A stretch of 32,000 bases of DNA from Candidatus Micrarchaeum sp. Lineage in GTDB: Archaea; Micrarchaeota; Micrarchaeia; Micrarchaeales; Micrarchaeaceae. Below the pieces are notes generated by a model, which searched no databases, was not told the origin of the DNA, and was given only the letters and a program-made list of their open reading frames with translations. The position numbers and the translations under genes are program-made. Numbering within the stretch: the first letter of the stretch is position 1; every line of letters starts with the position of its first letter. This document shows positions 25,648 to 32,000 of this stretch, in pieces. Location: contig NZ_CP060530.1 of the NCBI RefSeq assembly GCF_016806735.1, forward strand, positions 750,001-782,000, read 5' to 3'.

Positions 25648-27693
25648 ATGATTATTATGGCTAGAAGGGCAGTAAATGACATGGCAAAAGAATTTGTGGA
25701 TGAAGTAAAAGGGTTTATGGGTGATATGGGTTTTGAAAACCCACAAGGAGGTACTACTTTTAAAATAGGTGGTAAGCAAGTTGCCGCTGCGGGCGGATTT
25801 GGAAACATATATATTATAATAGATTGTGTACTTTCGCAAGAGATTGGAGATAGGGGCAACATAAAATCTAAAATAGAGGAATGGCGCGGAAATTATGAGA
25901 TTTTTAAGAATGGATTAGAGGAAGAGGATATTTTAAAAAAATATAATGATGTACGTTTAGTTATTGCAACCAAAAGAATAAGATTAAATGAGCAGGATAG
26001 AAATCTTGCTGCAGGTAACAATCCAAAAGTATATATTTGGAATGAGCAATTCTTTGAGTATTATAAAGATTTAAAAAAGAAAATAGGGAAGTATGCAAAA
26101 TATGAATTGCTTAGGGAAATTAATTTCCCGGAAGAACTAACACTTAGAGATGTACCTGCAATAAAACCTAATGGTTTTTTTGGAACGGATTTGGGAATAA
26201 ATTATTATATAGCAAGTGTAAATCCGTTAGATTTATTAAAGATATCATATGTTGCCCGAAGAGAAAGAGGAGACCAAGCCTTTTACCAAAGAATGATTAG
26301 TGAAAACAAGATTAATCAGATTGAATATTATATTAATCACAACAGAAAGCAGTTCTACAATAATGTTATAGTTGCAATAAATGATAGAGATAGGATAAAA
26401 TTTACTCCGTCAAAAGCATTGGAAGATAGACAGGAGATAGGAGAATTAACTATCGAAAAAACCACAGAGCCATTATGGATAATAGATGGACAGCATAGAT
26501 TATATGGATATGCAAAAGCAGAAGAGAAACTGAATTCAAATAGGAGTGATAGAGAAAAAAATAATAAAGAAAAAACCAATTGGAAAATCCCGGTATCTTT
26601 TGTTGTAGGACTAGACACTAAATTACAAGGAGAATTATTTATGGATATAAATACAACGCAAACATCCTTGTCTGCAGATTATATTTGGGATCTATACTCT
26701 ATTTATAATGAATCAAAATTAGAGGGTTTTATATCAAAATTAATAAAGAAAATGAATGTAGGAGATGGTTATTTTAAAGGTAAGATTTATATCCCTAGTT
26801 CCTCTATAAAAAAAGATAAAGGCCAACTTACAATTTCGAAAATTGGGCGAGCTATAAAGGAAAATAAACAGATATTCAATGAGATGATAAGTAGTAAGAG
26901 AGATGAAGAAGAGGTTAATAAAGCTTTCAGAATCATTAACACATACTTTGAATATATTAATGAGAAGAACATTGAGTATGCTAATTTCTTTAGCTCTAGT
27001 GTAGGAATCCAAACAATATTGCCGTTATTAAAAACATTTACTAATGCATACGATGGAGATGAAGATAAAGTTAAGGAATATATCGAAATATTAGTTAAGG
27101 ACCTTGATAATAGTGAATTTTACAAAGGTAAAAATTTAAAGAAAGAGTTGTCAAAAACCCTTGGAAACAAAACAACTAAAGAGGAATTTATAAATAATTT
27201 GATAAATGAAGTTAACGAGATTATTATAGATGAGGGACGCCAAGACGGACTTAAACTTTTACCAAGTAATGAATCAAAGAGTATATTTGCAATTTTAGAA
27301 AAAAAATTACGTAATTTAATAAATGATAAATTAAGCGCGATAAATAAAAATTGGTTGCAAACAAGGGGCGTAGATCGCACAAAATATGAAAATTTATTAA
27401 AAAAGGCAAAAGAAAAAACTCCTGGAGGGATCTGGGCAAAGGCTGGCTTTGGGGAATGCATAACAGTTATGAATAGGAATGATAATTGGCCTATATTTGA
27501 GAAACTATTTGTATCATTAAAAGGGTATAAAAATAAAAAAGAATTAATAGATGACTTAGGAAGAATTTATGAGTATGGTAGAATTCCAGCGTATCATGGA
27601 GATGAAAGAGAGGATAAAGTGAGTAAATATAATAGACAAGCTGCAGAAAAATTAGCAAAAAAACTTCTAACCGTTTTAGAGTCACTATCTTAA
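25648..27693 (+). CDS. DGQHR-domain (DndB/ParB-Srx-like) protein fused to a C-terminal Swt1-like HEPN domain
   Basis: FYQRMISENKINQIEYYI...NNVIVAIN...LWIIDGQHRLYGY (DGQHR at nt 26485-26499, aa 280-284). The C-terminal blocks are LEKKLRNLINDKLSAINKNWLQ, GFGECITVMNRNDNWPIFEKLF and GRIPAYH (R645-x4-H650, nt 27580-27597). About 160 aa at the N-terminus and about 260 aa in the middle are unassigned. Confidence 0.75.
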   Translation: MIIMARRAVNDMAKEFVDEVKGFMGDMGFENPQGGTTFKIGGKQVAAAGGFGNIYIIIDCVLSQEIGDRGNIKSKIEEWRGNYEIFKNGLEEEDILKKYNDVRLVIATKRIRLNEQDRNLAAGNNPKVYIWNEQFFEYYKDLKKKIGKYAKYELLREINFPEELTLRDVPAIKPNGFFGTDLGINYYIASVNPLDLLKISYVARRERGDQAFYQRMISENKINQIEYYINHNRKQFYNNVIVAINDRDRIKFTPSKALEDRQEIGELTIEKTTEPLWIIDGQHRLYGYAKAEEKLNSNRSDREKNNKEKTNWKIPVSFVVGLDTKLQGELFMDINTTQTSLSADYIWDLYSIYNESKLEGFISKLIKKMNVGDGYFKGKIYIPSSSIKKDKGQLTISKIGRAIKENKQIFNEMISSKRDEEEVNKAFRIINTYFEYINEKNIEYANFFSSSVGIQTILPLLKTFTNAYDGDEDKVKEYIEILVKDLDNSEFYKGKNLKKELSKTLGNKTTKEEFINNLINEVNEIIIDEGRQDGLKLLPSNESKSIFAILEKKLRNLINDKLSAINKNWLQTRGVDRTKYENLLKKAKEKTPGGIWAKAGFGECITVMNRNDNWPIFEKLFVSLKGYKNKKELIDDLGRIYEYGRIPAYHGDEREDKVSKYNRQAAEKLAKKLLTVLESLS

Positions 27694-27770
27694 ATAAGAT
27701 TTCAGATTTATACTCAACTCCCTTTGTAAGGAACAGGTATAAGACTGCGTAGATTAACTAGTGCTACTAA

Positions 27771-27791
27771 AGATATTAGGCTATAATATCT
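27771..27791. terminator. hairpin between convergent genes
   Basis: AGATATTA-GGCTA-TAATATCT is a perfect 8-bp stem. It lies 78 nt after the DGQHR-HEPN stop and 59 nt after the stop of the minus-strand small ORF. Confidence 0.3.
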
Positions 27792-27849
27792 GTGTGCTGA
27801 TAAGTGCTATGTTTGAGTTTGCGATAAAGCCTAACTTTATTCAATAGCC

Positions 27850-28008
27850 CTATATCTTTTCTACTTTGCTGATGATTACGTATCCTGGCTTTGTCTGCTT
27901 TAGTCTCGCATAGGCATCTAGTATAGTATCTACACTTACTTCCTCTGTCTCTACGAACTCTACGTCCCCCAAATCCCTGTGTTTCCAAGTTACTTTGTAT
28001 TTTGCCAT
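27850..28008 (-). CDS. small hypothetical protein (52 aa)
   Basis: MAKYKVTWKHRDLGDVEFVETEEVSVDTILDAYARLKQTKPGYVIISKVEKI has protein-like composition. The overlapping ORF 27776..27988 is Arg/Cys-rich and looks spurious. No homology recognised. Confidence 0.3.
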   Translation of the reverse strand: MAKYKVTWKHRDLGDVEFVETEEVSVDTILDAYARLKQTKPGYVIISKVEKI

Positions 28009-28169
28009 AAAATTACTTGCATAATGTATCAATTCGGGATTTATACACCTTAGCTATACCTTCGTCAATAATAAAACTATAAGAAGCCGAATAAAACTAA
28101 GAAATCTTATTAAACTACAAAGCCCCTAACAGGATAAAGCATAAATAGTTATATAGATAATTCAAAAAT

Positions 28170-28616
28170 ATGGCTTTGATGCGTGCGAAGGAAAACGAAT
28201 ATTCAGTCTATTATATTTCTGAGCCCGGGCTAATAAAGTTAACTACTTATTCAAGAAAATTTTCTTGGGGAGTGTTCTTAATAGCTTTCATTTTATTCTG
28301 GCTTTTTATAGGAATAGGTGGAGTTGTAGGAGGTGTTATTGTGGGTTTTATAGTAACTATGATCCTTGATGCTGCGATAAGCTCGCCAAAAATAACCAAA
28401 TGGGATAAATTGGCTTTCGGAGATTTGAAGAAAGAAAAAGACGCTTTGTTCATAAAGTGGTCAGATGTAAAAAGTGCAGTTTTCGACGCACCTGAAAAAA
28501 TAAATTTAGTAATTGAAAATAAAAACCACAAAATGAAAATATTAACTAATTTTACTGATGCAGAGAAGCTCCTGCAATTAAAGCTAGGCAATAAGCTTGA
28601 GATACGCAAAAGATGA
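28170..28616 (+). CDS. membrane protein (2 TM) with a small soluble C-terminal domain
   Basis: WGVFLIAFILFWLFIGIGGVVGGVIVGFIVTMILDAAI forms a hydrophobic hairpin. A beta-rich tail of about 75 aa follows. Confidence 0.5.
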   Translation: MALMRAKENEYSVYYISEPGLIKLTTYSRKFSWGVFLIAFILFWLFIGIGGVVGGVIVGFIVTMILDAAISSPKITKWDKLAFGDLKKEKDALFIKWSDVKSAVFDAPEKINLVIENKNHKMKILTNFTDAEKLLQLKLGNKLEIRKR

Positions 28617-28892
28617 CTAAAAGACCATTTCTAATCTTGCAGGTGTAGTTTTTACCCTAAAAAGCTTATGACAAGGAATGTCGCAGCAAATTATTATGTG
28701 AAACGCTATTGCCCCTGATGGTTTTGGCGGTTTTTGCGCTTATGCCGGAGATGCCGACCCTTGTGCTGCAGGCAGTGCTTACGGCCACGATATTTGAGTA
28801 CAAGACGTGGCGCTCGGCTAAGTAAGGGCTTGGCTCGCGGGCTCGCTCCGCCATCGCTCGCCCGCTCGGCTAGCCGCGCGATATATTTCAAA

Positions 28893-29315
28893 TTAGTGCT
28901 TAAAATGAAATTTATTGATGCTTTGATGATTTAATGGAGGTAATTCATCGTGATCAGCGATGTATGTGTCAATCAATAAACTTTCGTAAAGTCTTGGCTT
29001 TCCTATCAGTAAGAATGCAACCTCAATCTCGTATTTTTTAGAGAACCATTTAACGTGCTGGTTTGTTGGCTGATCTCTGCCAGGTTTCATATAGCCTCTA
29101 AAGCGGCTTTTAAAGCTTTTAGTAGTGCTGCCTATGTAAACTATATCAGATTCTCCCCTTACTCTTCCAAATTTCCTGCCGTCTTTCATCCTTATTTCAT
29201 AAACACCTGCTTTTTTATCCGCATAATCTAATATATCATCAAATGGCACCCATCCATCGAATCTTATTTTTATTCCATCCATACCTTTTACTAGATTTGT
29301 AGATAGCATATTCAC
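28893..29315 (-). CDS. GIY-YIG nuclease superfamily protein
   Basis: AGVYEIRM...DIVYIGSTTKSFKSRFRGY...YESLLI...PPLN gives GIY-like and YIG motifs, the conserved Arg, a Glu and a terminal Asn in the canonical order. Confidence 0.6.
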   Translation of the reverse strand: MNMLSTNLVKGMDGIKIRFDGWVPFDDILDYADKKAGVYEIRMKDGRKFGRVRGESDIVYIGSTTKSFKSRFRGYMKPGRDQPTNQHVKWFSKKYEIEVAFLLIGKPRLYESLLIDTYIADHDELPPLNHQSINKFHFKH

Positions 29316-29564
29316 ACCATTCTGTATTAAGTACTAAGTAGTAAAAGATTAATCTTTTAAGTTCAACGTCCTGTTTTGGAAAATTTTAAGGTAAGCAAGC
29401 TTTACTTATGGTTTCTTTACATCGTTTGAATGAAGTCTTGAGTGAAGAGAAGGTTACGAGTAAGAGATAAGACTATTATGCTTTATCTAAATATTGTTTC
29501 TTATTATTTTTTATCAAAGATGACGCTAAACTTAGTAGAAAGTCAAACAGCATCATCAATAAGT

Positions 29565-30251
29565 TTATGATGTATGAAAGCCGAAGTATTTGATTGAAAA
29601 TTCTGCAGTTACTGTTTGATTATAATAGAAGTTAGACAATAGCATATAGTTTGTTCCATTAACTATAGGTAATATTGCAGTTTGACCATTAGGCCCGGCA
29701 TAGGAATCAACAGGAGCAATATATTCATTTGTATCTAATACTCCGCCACTGTAATATGGCTTTTGGGTCGAAACATATATGAAAAATGTACCGTTATCTA
29801 AATTGTTATTGATAGGTGAAACGGTATAATTTACTACTAAATACCCAGGATAAGGAGCAGAGAACGAAAAGTTGTATGAAGATGCCACATACAATCCAGT
29901 TGTATAATTGTATGTTTCTGGCGGTATACTTACAACCTGCTTGTTTGCTAAAATCTTAATGTAAGGATGTGTCAAATTATATTCTGTTATGTTATACTTT
30001 TTAGATAAATTATTGTAAGCGGCCTGCAGGCTGCTAAAATTGACCTTTTCTGTAATATAGTTGTATTTGAGAGTATTATAATTTGATTGCAACACGCTAT
30101 AGTTATACTTCACAGAGGAATAGGAGCCTTGTGTTTGTGCATAAGAGCTTAACGTTTGTGCATACAGCACTGCAAAGACCGCTACCAAAACGAGCAATAT
30201 GCCTATTACTACGTAAAATCCGGTCTTAGGCTTAGATACGCTTTTTGCCAT
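29565..30251 (-). CDS. membrane-anchored extracellular protein, probably glycosylated
   Basis: N-terminal anchor FYVVIGILLVLVAVFAVLYA, a repetitive YN-x-L/YNY segment, and at least 10 N-x-S/T sequons in the beta-rich C-terminal part. Confidence 0.55.
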   Translation of the reverse strand: MAKSVSKPKTGFYVVIGILLVLVAVFAVLYAQTLSSYAQTQGSYSSVKYNYSVLQSNYNTLKYNYITEKVNFSSLQAAYNNLSKKYNITEYNLTHPYIKILANKQVVSIPPETYNYTTGLYVASSYNFSFSAPYPGYLVVNYTVSPINNNLDNGTFFIYVSTQKPYYSGGVLDTNEYIAPVDSYAGPNGQTAILPIVNGTNYMLLSNFYYNQTVTAEFSIKYFGFHTS

Positions 30252-30493
30252 AATAGAACCCCCTACCCTATTTGACTATTAGTAAGAAGGTTTTTTAATT
30301 GTATTTGTTTGATAGGCAATATTGAGAAGTATTTTGTATATGAGCAGATTTCAGTTAGTGACAAGTACCCTTGTTTTGTGGGCTAATTGACTTTGCCATG
30401 CTACTTCTTTATATAGTTTTACAAAATTTGAGTTAAGATAGAGCTACGACCACAAGATTTCGTAAGACAAATGATATACTCTTTAGCCAAAGA

Positions 30494-30751
30494 GTGCACG
30501 AGATAGTCACAAACAGCATTCCGGGAAACGGACTCCTGAAGCTGCCAAAGCTGAGCTACAACCTCACAGAAGCCAAGAGGTCAGTGCTGGAGAAAATGGC
30601 GCAGAGCGAGAAAAAGAGCGTGGCGCAGATAGCAAAGGAGCTGAAGAAGACCAGGGGCATGATATACCAGCATCTCCGCGAGTTAAGGGACACCGGATAC
30701 ATTGATGAAAAATTCAACATAACCGAGGCAGGCAGGCTGGCCCTGCTTTGA
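30494..30751 (+). CDS. small winged-helix transcriptional regulator (copy A)
   Basis: SVLEKMAQSEKKSVAQIAKELKKTRGMIYQHLRELRDTGYIDE is an HTH plus wing pattern (ArsR/TrmB-like). GTG start; ends ...TEAGRLALL. Confidence 0.65.
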   Translation: MHEIVTNSIPGNGLLKLPKLSYNLTEAKRSVLEKMAQSEKKSVAQIAKELKKTRGMIYQHLRELRDTGYIDEKFNITEAGRLALL

Positions 30752-30752
30752 A
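30542..30752 (+). repeat. direct repeat copy A (about 211 bp)
   Basis: By hand alignment it matches 31511..31717 with roughly eight substitutions and one 4-nt indel (GCAGGCAGGCTGG versus GCAGGCTGG). Confidence 0.85.
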
Positions 30753-30833
30753 TTAGATTTGTGTCAGCACCAGTTTAATATTATATAGCACTAATCTGAA
30801 GAACGATTTAAATAATTTAAATGCAAGCGTTAC

Positions 30834-31487
30834 GTGTGCGGTGTTAATTTGGTAAAATATGCAGTATTGCTTGGGTATGGGCTATTTGATCGTTCAAATA
30901 TGAATTATAAGAGATACTTGGATAATTTTGCTTCTTTTGTCAATAAAAACGATATTGAAGTTGTTGTACTTTCCGGGGGACACACAAACCCTAGAAGACC
31001 CTTGGAATCCGAGGCAAGCACCATTTCAAAATATCTAGAGAGTAAAGTAAAGCGGAATACAACCATACTGCTTGAGGAAAGATCTTTGACAACTGCTCAG
31101 AACATAGAGTTTACCAAGCCATTGCTAAAATTGGCCAATGGTTCAGTGACGGTTTTTTGTGATAATATAAGGCCGCCAAAAGTCATGTGGTATGTACTGC
31201 ATTATTGGTTCGGACTTGGCAAGAGAGAAATAGAAAACTATTTTTTGGAATATTCGCTTAAATTCTATTCAAAACATTTTACCACAGAGCAAATAGGAAA
31301 AGAACTGAATAAGGGCTTGGCATATAAAAATGTCCTAGTAAAACCTTATCGCATGCGCACCGGCATCGATGACGCAATTAGTGGTCAAATTGCTTCTGTT
31401 CTAGAAATAAACTCCTTATATGATAAAAAGCTGTACTCAAAATTGATTAAGGCAGTAAAGATAAAATTTGGACTTAAAAACCGATGA
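30834..31487 (+). CDS. DUF218 / YdcF-ElyC-like protein
   Basis: VVVLSGGHTNP...SEASTISKYLES...ILLEERSLTTAQNIEFTKPLL matches the SG(G)...sEA..m..yL...E..S.nT.eN signature of DUF218. AT-rich. Start uncertain (GTG 30834). Confidence 0.6.
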   Translation: MCGVNLVKYAVLLGYGLFDRSNMNYKRYLDNFASFVNKNDIEVVVLSGGHTNPRRPLESEASTISKYLESKVKRNTTILLEERSLTTAQNIEFTKPLLKLANGSVTVFCDNIRPPKVMWYVLHYWFGLGKREIENYFLEYSLKFYSKHFTTEQIGKELNKGLAYKNVLVKPYRMRTGIDDAISGQIASVLEINSLYDKKLYSKLIKAVKIKFGLKNR

Positions 31488-31798
31488 AAATAGCAAATAC
31501 CACAAACAAACTGCAAAAGCTGAGCTACAACCTTACAGAAGCCAAGAGGTCAGTGCTGGAGAAAATAGCGCAGAGCGAGAAAAGGAGCGTGGCGCAGATA
31601 GCAAAGGAGCTGAAGAAGACCAGAGGCATGATATACCAGCACCTGCGCGAGTTAAGGGACACCGGATACATTGATGAAAAATTCAACATAACCGAGGCAG
31701 GCTGGCCCTGCTTTGAAGTTGTCAAACATAACTATTTTTATTTAATTATTGAAATTTACATACAGATGATAGCTTCAGGGACAGCTTTTCGACAATAG
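31484..31798 (+). CDS. winged-helix regulator paralogue (copy B) with a frameshifted, extended C-terminus (possibly a pseudogene)
   Basis: Residues 10-71 are nearly identical to copy A. A 4-nt deletion relative to copy A changes ...TEAGRLALL* into ...TEAGWPCFEVVKHNYFYLIIEIYIQ... The ATG overlaps the DUF218 stop (ATGA). Confidence 0.5.
   Translation: MKIANTTNKLQKLSYNLTEAKRSVLEKIAQSEKRSVAQIAKELKKTRGMIYQHLRELRDTGYIDEKFNITEAGWPCFEVVKHNYFYLIIEIYIQMIASGTAFRQ
31511..31717 (+). repeat. direct repeat copy B (about 207 bp)
   Basis: See copy A. The two copies bracket a 758-bp segment (30753..31510) that holds the DUF218-like gene. Confidence 0.85.
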
Positions 31799-31893
31799 TG
31801 CGCCTCTGGGGGCTATACGCCTGATATCATAAAATTAATATCTCTTATAGACAACTGAAAAAGGCGTGATTAGGTCCTTTTCAGGGCCTGCTA

Positions 31894-32000
31894 TTATCTA
31901 AAAGAATCTTTGTACATATCACGTTTGCCTTCTGCCATTCCACGCTTTACATTTTCATTTTTTTCTTCAAGATTTTTTATTTCCTTGCGCACATCATCAG
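31894..32000 (-). CDS. 3' end of a minus-strand gene running off the window (partial)
   Basis: Reverse-strand frame reads ...DDVRKEIKNLEEKNENVKRGMAEGKRDMYKDSFR* with stop TAA at 31894-31896. An imperfect hairpin AGGTCC-TTTTCA-GGGCCT follows at about 31872-31889. Only 34 codons are visible. Confidence 0.3.
   Translation of the reverse strand, partial: DDVRKEIKNLEEKNENVKRGMAEGKRDMYKDSFR

Noticed and set aside
25648-26130. Idea that the N-terminal 160 aa or so of the DGQHR-HEPN protein is a PD-(D/E)xK nuclease (KQVAAAGGFGNIYIIIDCV)
   Set aside because: The strand pattern is reminiscent, but the catalytic Asp and Lys positions are not present (A and V instead). Left unassigned.
27725-27750. CCCTTTGTAAGGAACAGG resembles the anticodon-arm/intron-junction sequence of tRNA-Thr
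   Set aside because: The match is short and gapped with no surrounding tRNA-like structure. It is likely coincidental.
28666-28934. Three overlapping 61-66-aa ORFs in the GC-rich patch
   Set aside because: The translations are Arg/Ala/Ser-rich and typical of random ORFs in GC-rich DNA, and all three overlap one another. The patch itself is kept as a finding.
31874-31892. Possible attR: CCTTTTCAGGGCC resembles the tRNA-Thr 3' end CCCTCTCAGGGCT
   Set aside because: Only a 7-nt exact core (TCAGGGC) matches. The sequence also forms the terminator-like hairpin of the adjacent minus-strand gene. It is too short to call an att site.
1-32000. Search for CRISPR arrays, rRNA genes, integrases, transposases and IS terminal inverted repeats
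   Set aside because: No regularly spaced direct repeats of 24-40 nt, no rRNA-like segments, and no ORF with recognisable integrase or transposase motifs were seen by eye.

Overview
This is an archaeal chromosomal segment. The evidence is an intron-containing tRNA-Thr, ribosomal protein L40e, a pilin with a class III signal peptide, an archaeal-type IleRS and a mevalonate-pathway HMG-CoA synthase. Mid-GC housekeeping genes are ileS, a cytochrome b, an HMGS-family gene, rpl40e, speH, a CDGSH protein, a Wzx-like flippase and two tRNAs. They are interrupted by blocks that look AT-rich by eye. (i) A tightly packed operon at 24-3831 encodes a dikinase split into a stand-alone phosphohistidine swivel domain and a stand-alone ATP-grasp domain, separated by an unknown 354-aa protein and an alpha/beta hydrolase. 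(ii) A lone PD-(D/E)xK-like gene lies at 17.9-18.4 kb. (iii) A large island starts immediately 3' of tRNA-Thr (20962 to at least about 30.4 kb). The island carries a beta-class DNA methyltransferase, a ResIII/DEAH helicase, a detached PD-(D/E)xK nuclease ORF and a 681-aa protein. That protein combines a DGQHR (DndB/ParB-Srx-like) domain with a C-terminal Swt1-like HEPN domain (Rx4H). This four-gene cluster is my top candidate for an undescribed defence system. Other notable items:
- an AbiEi/AbiEii-like wHTH + nucleotidyltransferase pair with a perfect palindrome upstream;
- two same-frame ORFs separated by a single TGA downstream of rpl40e;
- roughly 210-bp direct repeats (duplicated wHTH genes, one with a 4-nt indel) flanking a DUF218-like gene;
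- divergent HIGH/KMSKS motifs in IleRS;
- a tRNA-Gly with C at position 33.
No CRISPR array, rRNA, integrase or transposase was recognised. All domain calls rest on motif reading by eye, with no database search.
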